A stretch of DNA of 64,000 nucleotides, from the IMG/VR virus record IMGVR_UViG_2974502414_000001; one strand, given 5' to 3'. This DNA is from a virus. Taxonomy: Duplodnaviria > Heunggongvirae > Uroviricota > Caudoviricetes > Herelleviridae. Positions 31,006-40,635 of the stretch are shown here, one piece after another (the stretch's first letter is position 1; each line of letters starts with the position of its first letter). Under the pieces are notes generated by a model that saw nothing but the letters and a program-made list of their open reading frames with translations, was not told the origin of the DNA and searched no databases. A program made the translations under genes and the position numbers.

Positions 31006-32073
31006 ATGAGGTTTGAAGACTTTTTAACCCAAGAATTAGGAGAACCAAAAGAAAATACTATAGGTGAGCTAAGATACTGTTGTCCGTTTTGTGGAGAAAA
31101 AAGTTATAAGTTCTATGTTAAGCAAGCCCTAGACTCTAGTAATGGTCAGTATCATTGTAAAAAATGTGATGAATCAGGTAACCCTATTACATTTATGAAG
31201 ACTTATTATAACATTACAGGTAAACAAGCTTTTGATTTATTAGAGTCTAAGAATATAGATATAGAGAGAGCCCCTTTACTTACGACCAATAATAAGGATT
31301 TGACAGAATCAGAGAAACTTATATTAATGCTTAGAGGTGTGCACCAAGATAAGGGAACTGCTAGTATTAAACCTCCTAGATTACCTGAAGGATATAAATT
31401 ATTAAAAGATAACTTAAATAATAAAGAGATTATACCTTTTTTAAAATACTTAAAAGGCAGAGGTATAACTTTAGAACAAATCATTAATAACAATATAGGT
31501 TATGTTATTAATGGGAGCTTTTATAAAGTTGACGGGGAATCCAAAGTATCATTAAGGAATAGTATTATATTTTTTACTTATGATAATGATGGAAACTACC
31601 AGTACTGGAATACAAGAAGTATAGAGAAGAACCCTTATATTAAATCTATTAATGCTCCTGCTAAACAAGATGAAGTAGGGAGAAAAGATGTCATATTTAA
31701 TTTGAATATAGCAAGAAAGAAAAAGTTCTTAGTTATAACTGAGGGTGTATTTGATGCTTTAACCTTCCATGAGTATGGAGTAGCAACATTAGGTAAACAA
31801 GTAACCGAGAATCAAATAAAAAAAATAATTGATTATGTTAGTATAGATACATCAATATATATTATGTTAGACACTGATGCACTAGATAATAATATAGACT
31901 TAGCTTATAAGTTAAAAACACATTTTAATAAAGTTTACTTTGTACCTCATGGTGATGAAGATGCAAATGATATGGGGACAAGGAAAGCCTTTGAGTTATT
32001 AAAACAGAACCGGGTGTTAGTAACACCTGAAAGTATACAGAGTTACAAAATACAACAAAAACTTAAACTTTAG
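31006..32073 (+). CDS. DNA primase (355 aa)
   Basis: CPFC...YHCKKC zinc finger; TEGVFDA and DTD TOPRIM motifs. Confidence 0.92.
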   Translation: MRFEDFLTQELGEPKENTIGELRYCCPFCGEKSYKFYVKQALDSSNGQYHCKKCDESGNPITFMKTYYNITGKQAFDLLESKNIDIERAPLLTTNNKDLTESEKLILMLRGVHQDKGTASIKPPRLPEGYKLLKDNLNNKEIIPFLKYLKGRGITLEQIINNNIGYVINGSFYKVDGESKVSLRNSIIFFTYDNDGNYQYWNTRSIEKNPYIKSINAPAKQDEVGRKDVIFNLNIARKKKFLVITEGVFDALTFHEYGVATLGKQVTENQIKKIIDYVSIDTSIYIMLDTDALDNNIDLAYKLKTHFNKVYFVPHGDEDANDMGTRKAFELLKQNRVLVTPESIQSYKIQQKLKL

Positions 32074-32075
32074 GC

Positions 32076-32104
32076 TTGACCTTAGAGAAGTTTTATGTTA
32101 TACT
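32076..32104 (+). promoter_or_regulatory. sigmaA-type promoter TTGACC-N17-TATACT
   Basis: Consensus spacing, TG extension. Confidence 0.75.
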
Positions 32105-32139
32105 AGTAATTAAGTAATTAATAAAGGAGAAAAAAAATA

Positions 32140-32478
32140 ATGTCAAATAATAAAAAAGATATTTTAGAATTTGTAGATGAATACATTACAGCTTTAAGAG
32201 TTGGTAATGAGCAACGACAACATCAATTAGAAGAAATGGGTAAAGAAGAAACAGCAACATTAACAGATGTAGCTAAAGCTATTACTAACCTTATGTTAGG
32301 TGTTAATGAGCAGATGACAGACTTAGAATATAATAATGAGTTAAACTTAAATATTTTAATTGACGCTTTATATAAAGCAGAGCTTATTAATGAAGATGTA
32401 TTAGACTACATTCAAGAATCAATTGATAAATCACAAGAAGAACCTAAAAATGAAGAAGAAAAAGGAGAACAAGAATAA
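32140..32478 (+). CDS. Hypothetical acidic helical protein (112 aa)
   Basis: RBS AAGGAG; coupled to next gene. Confidence 0.75.
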   Translation: MSNNKKDILEFVDEYITALRVGNEQRQHQLEEMGKEETATLTDVAKAITNLMLGVNEQMTDLEYNNELNLNILIDALYKAELINEDVLDYIQESIDKSQEEPKNEEEKGEQE

Positions 32479-32930
32479 TGGAAAAAAATATTAGCACACA
32501 CACAAAAGGTATTAGTCAAGCAGACATGGAGAAATGGATTGAAGCTGTAGTACAAGGAACTGTTGATGGTAAACAAGTTGATGAGAAAACAGCTAAACAA
32601 TTATATAGAATTGGTTCACGTAGTGTTTCTTTAGAAGAAGCAACTCGTATTGCTAAAGTTCTTAATGCTGTAACAGCTCAAGAGGTTACAGGAGACTTTA
32701 ATGATGCATTTAATGCAATTGACTTAATGATGATTATCATGGAAGATGAGTTAGGAGTAACTCAAGAAAAAGTAGGGAAAGCTAAAGATAAACTAAATGA
32801 AAAACGAGAAGCTTACCTAAAAGAGAAACAAGAAGAATTACGTCAAAAACAACAAGAAGAGGCACAGAAAAAAACTGAATCTGACAGCAATGAAAAAGTA
32901 ATTCAGTTGAAGAAAAATGACGAACAGTAA
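32478..32930 (+). CDS. Hypothetical coiled-coil protein (150 aa)
   Basis: TAATG overlap, RBS AAGGAG. Confidence 0.75.
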   Translation: MEKNISTHTKGISQADMEKWIEAVVQGTVDGKQVDEKTAKQLYRIGSRSVSLEEATRIAKVLNAVTAQEVTGDFNDAFNAIDLMMIIMEDELGVTQEKVGKAKDKLNEKREAYLKEKQEELRQKQQEEAQKKTESDSNEKVIQLKKNDEQ

Positions 32931-33525
32931 GAAAAAAGGGGATACATTCGAACGTAAAATAGCTAAAGAATTAACTTCTTGGTGGGGATACCAATTCAAT
33001 AGGTCTCCTCAATCAGGTGGTGCTTCATGGGGTAAAGATAATAATGCTGTCGGAGATATAGTAGTACCTCAGGAAGCTAATTTTCCTTTAGTAGTAGAAT
33101 GTAAACATAGAGAAGAATGGACTATAGATAATGTTCTTCTAAACAACAGAGAGCCACATACATGGTGGGAGCAAGTCATTAATGATAGTAGCAAGGTGAA
33201 TAAGACACCTTGCTTAATATTTACTAGAAATAGAGCTCAGAGTTATGTTGCTTTACCTTATGATGAAAAAGTATATGAAGATTTAAGAAATAATGAATAC
33301 CCTGTCATGAGAACAGATTTTATTATTGATAATATTAGAAAAGATAAATTTTTTTATGATGTCCTTATAACTACCATGAATGGGTTGACCTCATTTACAC
33401 CTTCTTATATTATATCTTGCTACGACAAAAAAGATATAAAACCATACAAGAAGGTCGAGTCTAATTTATCTGAGGTAAGTAAGCATGAAGATGAATTGAT
33501 TAATGACCTTCTTAGTGATATATAA
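32917..33525 (+). CDS. Holliday junction resolvase (PD-(D/E)xK, Hjc-like; 202 aa)
   Basis: KKKGDTFERKIAKEL...GDIV...VVECKH motif. Confidence 0.8.
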   Translation: MTNSKKKGDTFERKIAKELTSWWGYQFNRSPQSGGASWGKDNNAVGDIVVPQEANFPLVVECKHREEWTIDNVLLNNREPHTWWEQVINDSSKVNKTPCLIFTRNRAQSYVALPYDEKVYEDLRNNEYPVMRTDFIIDNIRKDKFFYDVLITTMNGLTSFTPSYIISCYDKKDIKPYKKVESNLSEVSKHEDELINDLLSDI

Positions 33526-33541
33526 GGAAGGTAAGATAAGT

Positions 33542-33934
33542 ATGACAAGTAAAGAAAGACCATTAATCGTATATTTTTCAGGTACAGGACAAACAGAAAG
33601 ATTAGTAAACAAAATTAATATTAATAATTCATTTGAAACATTTAGGGTTAAGAGTGGAAAAGAAAAAGTAAATAAACCTTTTATACTAATAACACCTACT
33701 TATAAGAAAGGTGCAATACCTAAACAAATAGAAAGATTCCTAGAAATTAATGGGAGCCCTAAAGAAGTTATTGGTACAGGAAATAAACAATGGGGCTCTA
33801 ATTTCTGTGGAGCAAGTAAAAAGATTTCAGAGATGTTTAAGATTCCTTTAATTGCTAAAGTAGAGCAATCAGGACACTTTAACGAGATACAACCAATATT
33901 AGAACACTTTAGTAATAAATATAAAGTAGCGTAA
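33542..33934 (+). CDS. nrdI: NrdI flavodoxin (130 aa)
   Basis: VYFSGTGQT, LITPTY, GTGNKQWGSNFC; upstream of nrdE. Confidence 0.9.
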   Translation: MTSKERPLIVYFSGTGQTERLVNKININNSFETFRVKSGKEKVNKPFILITPTYKKGAIPKQIERFLEINGSPKEVIGTGNKQWGSNFCGASKKISEMFKIPLIAKVEQSGHFNEIQPILEHFSNKYKVA

Positions 33935-33948
33935 AGGATGAGAGATAT

Positions 33949-36063
33949 ATGGCAACATATGGAAAATGGATTGAGTTAAATAATGAAATAACTCAATTAG
34001 ATGACAATGGAAAAAATAAACTCTATAAAGACCAAGAAGCTTTAGATGAGTATTTAAAATATATTGAAGACAATACAAGAAAGTTTAATAGTGAAGTAGA
34101 AAGAATTAGAGTATTGACAAAAGAAGGAACATATGATAAAATATTTGACAAGGTTCCTGACACTATTATTGATGAAATGACTAAGTTAGCTTACAGTTTT
34201 AATTTTAAATTCCCTAGTTTCATGGCAGGGCAAAAGTTTTATGAATCTTACGCATCAAAACAGTATGATGAAAACAAAAAACCTATTTTTGTTGAAGACT
34301 ATGAACAACATAATGTTCGAGTAGCTTTATATTTATTTCAAAATGACTATGTAAAGGCTAGAGAATTACTAGTACAACTTATGGAGCAAACATTCCAACC
34401 ATCTACACCTACGTATAACAATTCAGGGCAAGCTAATAGAGGTGAACTAAGCTCATGTTATCTATTTGTAGTAGATGATTCAATTGAGTCTTTAAACTTT
34501 GTTGAAGATAGCGTAGCTAATGCTAGTTCTAATGGTGGCGGAGTTGCAATTGATTTAACTAGAATTAGACCTAAAGGAGCTCCAGTACGTAATAGACCTA
34601 ATTCAAGTAAAGGTGTTATTGCTTTTGCCAAAGCTATTGAACATAAAGTTAGTATTTATGACCAGGGTGGTGTAAGACAGGGTAGTGGTGCTGTTTATCT
34701 AAATATATTCCATAATGATATCCTGGATTTATTAAGTTCTAAGAAAATCAATGCTAGTGAGTCTGTTAGACTCGATAAATTATCTATTGGTGTTACAATC
34801 CCTAACAAATTTATGGAGTTAGTTAAAGAAGGTAAACCTTTCTATACTTTTGATACTTACGACATTAATAAAGTGTACGGTAAGTATTTAGATGAGCTAA
34901 ACATTGATGAATGGTATGATAAGTTACTAGATAATGATAGTATCGGTAAAGTAAAACATGATGCTAGAGAAGTTATGACAGATATTGCTAAAACGCAATT
35001 AGAATCAGGCTACCCTTATGTATTCTATATTGATAATGCTAATGATAATCACCCATTGAAAAACCTAGGTAAAGTTAAAATGAGTAACTTATGTACAGAA
35101 ATTTCACAATTACAAGAGGTATCAGAAATTTATCCGTACTCTTACAGTAATCAGAATGTTATTAATAGAGATGTTGTCTGTACATTAGGTTCTCTTAACT
35201 TGGTTAATGTGGTTGAAAAAGGTTTATTGAATGAATCTGTAGATATTGGTACAAGAGCATTAACAAAAGTTACTGATATTATGGATTTACCTTACTTACC
35301 TAGTGTTCAAAAAGCAAATGATGATATTAGAGCTATCGGTTTAGGTTCAATGAATTTACATGGACTTTTAGCTAAGAATATGATTAGTTATGGTTCTAGA
35401 GAAGCATTAGACCTAGTAAACAGTTTATATAGTGCTATTAACTTCCAATCTATTAAGACATCTATGTTAATGGCTAAAGAAACAGGAAAACCATTTAAAG
35501 GCTTTGAGAAGTCCGATTACGCTACAGGTGAATACTTTGTAAGATACATTAGAGAATCCAATCAACCTAAGACAGATAAAGCTAAGAAAGTCTTAGATAA
35601 GGTTTATATTCCAACACAAGATGATTGGGATGAATTAGCTAAAGCAGTGAAAGTACATGGTTTGTATAATGGTTACCGAAAAGCAGAAGCACCTACTCAA
35701 TCTATATCTTATGTACAGAATGCTACAAGTTCTATTATGCCAGTACCTAGTGCTATAGAGAATAGACAATATGGAGATATGGAGACATATTACCCAATGC
35801 CTTACCTAAGTCCTATAACTCAGTTCTTCTACGAAGGAGAAACAGCTTATAAGATTGACAATAAACGTATTATTAATACAAGCGCAGTTGTTCAGAAACA
35901 TACAGACCAAGCAGTGTCTACAATACTTTATGTAGAGTCAGAAATACCTACTAATAAACTAGTATCATTATACTATTATGCTTGGGAACAAGGATTAAAA
36001 TCATTATACTATACACGTTCACGTAAACTTTCTGTTATTGAATGTGAAACATGTTCGGTTTAG
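33949..36063 (+). CDS. nrdE: Class Ib ribonucleotide reductase large subunit (704 aa)
   Basis: FQPSTPT, SSCYL, SNLCTEI, APT, C-terminal CETC; no ATP cone; intronless. Confidence 0.95.
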   Translation: MATYGKWIELNNEITQLDDNGKNKLYKDQEALDEYLKYIEDNTRKFNSEVERIRVLTKEGTYDKIFDKVPDTIIDEMTKLAYSFNFKFPSFMAGQKFYESYASKQYDENKKPIFVEDYEQHNVRVALYLFQNDYVKARELLVQLMEQTFQPSTPTYNNSGQANRGELSSCYLFVVDDSIESLNFVEDSVANASSNGGGVAIDLTRIRPKGAPVRNRPNSSKGVIAFAKAIEHKVSIYDQGGVRQGSGAVYLNIFHNDILDLLSSKKINASESVRLDKLSIGVTIPNKFMELVKEGKPFYTFDTYDINKVYGKYLDELNIDEWYDKLLDNDSIGKVKHDAREVMTDIAKTQLESGYPYVFYIDNANDNHPLKNLGKVKMSNLCTEISQLQEVSEIYPYSYSNQNVINRDVVCTLGSLNLVNVVEKGLLNESVDIGTRALTKVTDIMDLPYLPSVQKANDDIRAIGLGSMNLHGLLAKNMISYGSREALDLVNSLYSAINFQSIKTSMLMAKETGKPFKGFEKSDYATGEYFVRYIRESNQPKTDKAKKVLDKVYIPTQDDWDELAKAVKVHGLYNGYRKAEAPTQSISYVQNATSSIMPVPSAIENRQYGDMETYYPMPYLSPITQFFYEGETAYKIDNKRIINTSAVVQKHTDQAVSTILYVESEIPTNKLVSLYYYAWEQGLKSLYYTRSRKLSVIECETCSV

Positions 36064-36076
36064 AAAGGAAATAGAT

Positions 36077-37126
36077 ATGGATATTACACAAAAAGTAAAA
36101 CAACATAATAAAAATGCTGTATTAAAAGCAACAAACTGGAATATTGAAGATGACGGGATGTCTGATATTTATTGGGAGCAAGGAATCTCCCAATTTTGGA
36201 CTCCTGAAGAGTTTGATGTATCAAGAGATTTAAGTTCTTGGAATAGTTTAACTGAAAGTGAAAAGAACACTTATAAGAAAGTCCTTGCAGGGCTCACAGG
36301 GCTCGATACAAAGCAAGGAGGAGAAGGTATGAACTTAGTATCCTACCACGAACCAAGACCTAAATACCAAGCTGTATTTGCGTTTATGGGTGGTATGGAA
36401 GAGATACATGCTAAATCGTATAGTCATATCTTTACAACATTACTAAGTAATAAAGAAACAAGTTATTTATTAGATACTTGGGTAGAAGAAAACGACTTTT
36501 TAAAAGTAAAAGCTCAGTTTATCGGATATTACTACGACCAACTATTAAAACCTAATCCTACTATATTTGATAGATACATGGCTAAAGTAGCTAGTGCCTT
36601 TTTAGAAAGTGCATTATTCTACTCAGGATTTTATTATCCTTTACTTCTTGCAGGAAGAGGTCAGATGACACAATCAGGAGCTATTATTTATAAAATTACT
36701 CAAGATGAAGCTTACCATGGTTCGGCAGTAGGATTAACAGCTCAATATGATTATAATCTTCTAACAGAAGAAGAGAAAAAACAAGCAGATAAAGAAACTT
36801 ATGAATTATTAGATATTCTTTACACTAATGAAGTAGCGTATACACATAGTCTATATGACCCACTAGAATTAAGTGAAGACGTAATTAACTATGTTCAGTA
36901 TAATTTTAATAGAGCTCTTCAAAACCTTGGAAGAGAGGACTATTTTAATCCTGAACCTTATAACCCTATTGTAGAAAATCAAACTAATGTAGACAGATTA
37001 CGAAATGTTGATTTCTTTAGTGGTAAAGCAGACTATGAAAAATCTACAAATATCAAAGATATTAAAGATGAAGATTTCTCATTCTTAGATAGTAAAGAAT
37101 ACAGTACTGCCAAGGAATTCCTATAA
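36077..37126 (+). CDS. nrdF: Class Ib ribonucleotide reductase small subunit (349 aa)
   Basis: WTPEE, EEIHAKSY, DEAYH diiron ligands; RBS AAGGA favours ATG 36077. Confidence 0.95.
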   Translation: MDITQKVKQHNKNAVLKATNWNIEDDGMSDIYWEQGISQFWTPEEFDVSRDLSSWNSLTESEKNTYKKVLAGLTGLDTKQGGEGMNLVSYHEPRPKYQAVFAFMGGMEEIHAKSYSHIFTTLLSNKETSYLLDTWVEENDFLKVKAQFIGYYYDQLLKPNPTIFDRYMAKVASAFLESALFYSGFYYPLLLAGRGQMTQSGAIIYKITQDEAYHGSAVGLTAQYDYNLLTEEEKKQADKETYELLDILYTNEVAYTHSLYDPLELSEDVINYVQYNFNRALQNLGREDYFNPEPYNPIVENQTNVDRLRNVDFFSGKADYEKSTNIKDIKDEDFSFLDSKEYSTAKEFL

Positions 37127-37143
37127 AAAGGAGAAAAGATATT

Positions 37144-37473
37144 ATGGATAGAAAAGAAGCAATGGATTTACTAAGTAAAGCAGAAATATTATTTAAAAAA
37201 CATGATGAGTTTTCATGTGTAAGTGATATCAATGACCCTATGAAGTTATTCAGTAACTCTAAAGATGCTAAAGCTGATGATACGTCTAAGTCTTTTCAGC
37301 TAGAGTTTATGCATGATATGACCATGTATACTTTATCTTATGGCTCAGGACAGTTAAAACTTATTGATTTAGCAGAAGGTTATGAAGCACAAAAAGCTAC
37401 AGTAGTTAACTCATTTCCCGAAATTATTAAAACATTAGAAAAGGATGATTCAGAAGATGGAAAAAATGAATAG
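37144..37473 (+). CDS. Hypothetical protein (109 aa)
   Basis: RBS AAGGAG. Confidence 0.75.
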   Translation: MDRKEAMDLLSKAEILFKKHDEFSCVSDINDPMKLFSNSKDAKADDTSKSFQLEFMHDMTMYTLSYGSGQLKLIDLAEGYEAQKATVVNSFPEIIKTLEKDDSEDGKNE

Positions 37474-37777
37474 TTTAGTAGATTTAAATACAGCAATTAG
37501 ACAAAAGAAAGATGTTATTGTCATGATTACACAAGATAATTGTGGTAAGTGTGAGATTTTAAAAAGTGTAATCCCTATGTTTCAAGAGTCAGGTGACATT
37601 AAAAAACCTATCTTAACATTAAATCTAGATGCTGAAGATGTAGATAGAGAAAAAGCTGTTAAGTTATTCGATATCATGAGTACACCAGTATTAATTGGGT
37701 ATAAAGGTGGTCAGCTAGTTAAAAAGTATGAAGACCAAGTTACACCTATGCAATTACAAGAATTAGAGTCACTTTAA
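37457..37777 (+). CDS. Thioredoxin/NrdH-like redoxin (106 aa)
   Basis: CGKC active site and STP cis-proline motif; RBS AAGGA favours 37457. Confidence 0.88.
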   Translation: MEKMNSLVDLNTAIRQKKDVIVMITQDNCGKCEILKSVIPMFQESGDIKKPILTLNLDAEDVDREKAVKLFDIMSTPVLIGYKGGQLVKKYEDQVTPMQLQELESL

Positions 37778-37786
37778 TTTGGAATT

Positions 37787-37835
37787 TCCTACTATCTGTG
37801 CTATACTATAATAGTACAAGGTAGTAGGATTTTTT
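37787..37835 (+). terminator. About 18-bp hairpin with T-tail enclosing an extended -10 (TGcTATACT, 37799-37807)
   Basis: TCCTACTATCTGTGCTAT pairs with ATAGTACAAGGTAGTAGGA (two G-U pairs, one bulge); weak -35 TTGGAA at 37779. Confidence 0.65.
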
Positions 37836-37983
37836 AATGGAAGGAAGATGACATATCGCAAAGAATAAAACATTAACGATATATAATAGTGATAGATATT
37901 TTAATATACACACAAAAGATAAAGATAAAATTAATGAGGCTATTAAAGTAACACACGGTAATGAAGAAGAAATTGAAAAGAAT

Positions 37984-38580
37984 ATGGATGAATTAATATC
38001 TAAGTCTAGAAGATATATCATGAGGGATGAAAAGCATTACATGCTATTTAATGAGAAGTACAATAATGATAGGCTTATAGAAAAAGTATGTAAACACGGT
38101 GGTAAAGTTACATACTATACTGATTCAGTATTACCTTACTATGTTTTAAAAGACTTATCTAGTCACCCTGACTCAGAAGTTGTTTATCGTATGCGCAACG
38201 GTTTTACTGCAAAAGAAGTAGATAATATAGCTTTATCATTCATGGGTACAAAAGTTATTATTGATATTTCTGTAGTATTTCCTTATGTAAACCCTTATGA
38301 TATTATTAGAAGTTTACATGATATTAAAACAAATGTAGATGAAGTTCATTTATCATTTCCACGAATATTAGGGGTAGATGAAAAACAAGAAAAGTTTTAT
38401 TTCTTTGATGGTGAAGCTTATGATTTAAAACCCGAATATAAAGTCGATTTTGCAGATAAAATTAGAGTATCTTTATCAGTATGGAAAATGTATATCTATA
38501 TCTTAACAAGTAGTCGTGATTTTGAGGATGTAGACAATGTAATTACGAAATTAAAACAACAACGAAAGATTAAGATATAA
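37984..38580 (+). CDS. Hypothetical protein (198 aa from ATG; frame open back to 37852)
   Basis: Long ORF; ATG 37984 lacks a clear RBS, true start probably upstream. Confidence 0.7.
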   Translation: MDELISKSRRYIMRDEKHYMLFNEKYNNDRLIEKVCKHGGKVTYYTDSVLPYYVLKDLSSHPDSEVVYRMRNGFTAKEVDNIALSFMGTKVIIDISVVFPYVNPYDIIRSLHDIKTNVDEVHLSFPRILGVDEKQEKFYFFDGEAYDLKPEYKVDFADKIRVSLSVWKMYIYILTSSRDFEDVDNVITKLKQQRKIKI

Positions 38581-38589
38581 GGTGATTAT

Positions 38590-38895
38590 ATGAGTACAGC
38601 AAATAGAAGAGATATAGCAAGAAAGATATCAGAGAATACAGGTTACTATATCCAAGATGTAGAGGAAATACTAAGTGCAGAGACAGATGCTATTTCTGAC
38701 TTGCTAGAAGAAGGGTATACTAAAGTAAAGAATCATAAATTTATGCAAATAGAAGTTATTGAAAGAAAAGGTAAAAAAGCGTGGGATGGTCTGAATAAAG
38801 AATACTTCCATTTACCTAATAGAAAAGCTATAAAATTCAAACCACTAAAAGAACTAGAAGAGGTTATTGATAGACTTAATGAAGAAGAGAAATAA
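38590..38895 (+). CDS. HU/IHF-like DNA-binding protein (101 aa)
   Basis: RRDIARKISENTGY...F..IEVIERKGKK...KFKP HU fold pattern. Confidence 0.85.
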   Translation: MSTANRRDIARKISENTGYYIQDVEEILSAETDAISDLLEEGYTKVKNHKFMQIEVIERKGKKAWDGLNKEYFHLPNRKAIKFKPLKELEEVIDRLNEEEK

Positions 38896-38910
38896 TTCTC
38901 TTCTTTTTTT
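38882..38910 (+). terminator. Rho-independent terminator
   Basis: AAGAAGAGAA-ataa-TTCTCTTCTT plus T-run. Confidence 0.85.
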
Positions 38911-38911
38911 A

Positions 38912-38940
38912 TTGACAAGGTTTAAAATATATGGTATAGT
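38912..38940 (+). promoter_or_regulatory. sigmaA-type promoter TTGACA-N17-TATAGT for DNA polymerase
   Basis: Consensus with TGG extension. Confidence 0.82.
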
Positions 38941-38970
38941 ATTATTAAGTTAAAAAAGGAGAGGAATTAA

Positions 38971-39837
38971 ATGAAAGTATTAATCTTATTTGACCACATT
39001 AGAGAAGAGCATTTTTCTGTAAGTAAAGATGGGAGTGTGAAATCTAATGTACTAAATACACCTAACGGAAAAACACTTAAGAAATTACTTGAGAAGTGTT
39101 CTAACTTAAAGAGAGATAAAACAAACAGAGATTATGATATTGATTTTCTCTACAATGCAGTACCTACACCTATTAGAAATGACTACGGTAAAATCATTAA
39201 ATACCAAGATGTTAAACAAGCAGAAGTAAAGCCATACTATGAGAGAATGAATAATATTATTATTGATAATTCTTATGATATGGTAATTCCTGTAGGTAAA
39301 CTAGGTGTTAAATACCTATTAAATGTTACAGCTATTGGTAAAGTAAGAGGTGTACCAAGTAAAGTAACTATTGAAAATGGAACATCTTCTCATGATGTGT
39401 GGGTATTACCTACTTATAGCATTGAATATACTAATGTAAATAAAAATAGTGAACGTCATGTAGTATCAGATTTACAAACAGTTGGTAAGTTTGTAGAGCA
39501 AGGAGAAGAGGCATTTAAACCTAAGGAAGTATCTTACGAGTTGGTAGATAACATTGAAAGAGTAAGAGAAATATTCAATAAGGAAGTAAAGAATGATAAT
39601 TATGATGGGGTAGATATTACCGCATGGGACTTAGAGACTAACTCATTAAAACCTGATAAAGAAGGAAGTAAACCTTTAGTACTATCTCTATCATGGAGAA
39701 ATGGTCAAGGTGTAACTATACCCTTATACAAATCAGACTTTAACTGGGAAAACGGTCAAGATGATATTGATGAAGTCTTAGAATTGCTTAAGAATTGGTT
39801 AGCTAGTAAAGAAGATATTAAAGTAGCACATAACGGT
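38971..39837 (+). CDS. polA: Family A DNA polymerase exon 1 (289 codons; UDG-like domain plus start of 3'-5' exonuclease)
   Basis: WDLETNSL ExoI; ends AHNG, continuing KYDIKFL at 40636; spliced product 289+454+329=1072 aa. Confidence 0.9.
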
Positions 39838-40635
39838 AAATGATTTGCTGTTGTAAAATCCCTCTCATATCGGGCATAGCTTTAAGTAGCTGATAAGAGA
39901 ACCTAAGTCCTGTAATAAGGATAGTGGTAATCCCGAGCTTACATTATTGGTGACAATAGATGGGGTGTAGAGACTGAGCCGAGGTTTTGTAGACCAAGGT
40001 GAGACATAGTGTATCGACTTAATAGAGGTGGTACAGTGAAAAAAGATTATATGACATCAGTTAAAAATAACAAAAAAGTATGTAGAAGATGCAACGAAGA
40101 ATTAGATTTATCTAACTTTAAAACATATAAGAAGAATGATAAAACTTATTATCAAAGTATGTGTATACCTTGTCGGAAGGAATATAATAAGTTAGATAAA
40201 ACTAAAAATACTATTAAAAAATGTTATGAGAAAAACGGAGATAAATATAGAAGACAAAGTAATGAGTATAATACTTCTGACAGAGGTAGAGAGCTTAATA
40301 AAAATAGGTCTAGGAAATACAGAGAAAACAATTCTTTAAAATCGAAAGCTAGAAGCTCTGTAAGAACCGCATTAAGAAATGGTTCTCTCATAAGACCTGA
40401 TAAGTGTTCAGAGTGTAATAAAGATTGCATACCTGAAGCTCACCATCCTGATTATACTAAACCTTTAGAAATAAAATGGTTATGTAAATCCTGTCATGAA
40501 GATACTCATCATAAAAAATAATCACACTATGTAAATGAGGGACATCAAGCCCATTTAGGTAACTACAAACAAACCTAATGGTAAGGGCTTATGAAGGTAT
40601 AGTCCGTTCTATATAGAAATATATAGGCTAAAACG
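39838..40635 (+). mobile_element. Group I intron 1 in polymerase gene (798 nt; pol-I2 type)
   Basis: P1: exon AACGGU pairs with GCUGUU (39847-52) with U-G at splice site; R-like AGAGACUG (39969), S-like AAGGUAUAGUCC (40594); terminal G; splicing restores the HNGKYD ExoII motif. Confidence 0.92.
40036..40521 (+). CDS. Intron-encoded homing endonuclease (I-KsaII type; Zn-finger plus HNH-like), GTG start, 161 aa
   Basis: CxxC pairs, CSEC...HHPDYTKPLEIKWLCKSCH; RBS GAGGTG before GTG 40036; lies between intron R and S elements. Confidence 0.8.
   Translation: MKKDYMTSVKNNKKVCRRCNEELDLSNFKTYKKNDKTYYQSMCIPCRKEYNKLDKTKNTIKKCYEKNGDKYRRQSNEYNTSDRGRELNKNRSRKYRENNSLKSKARSSVRTALRNGSLIRPDKCSECNKDCIPEAHHPDYTKPLEIKWLCKSCHEDTHHKK

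Noticed and set aside
32130-32137. A8 run between RBS and start as a phase-variable tuner
   Set aside because: Such runs are common in this roughly 30% GC genome; no evidence of variability.
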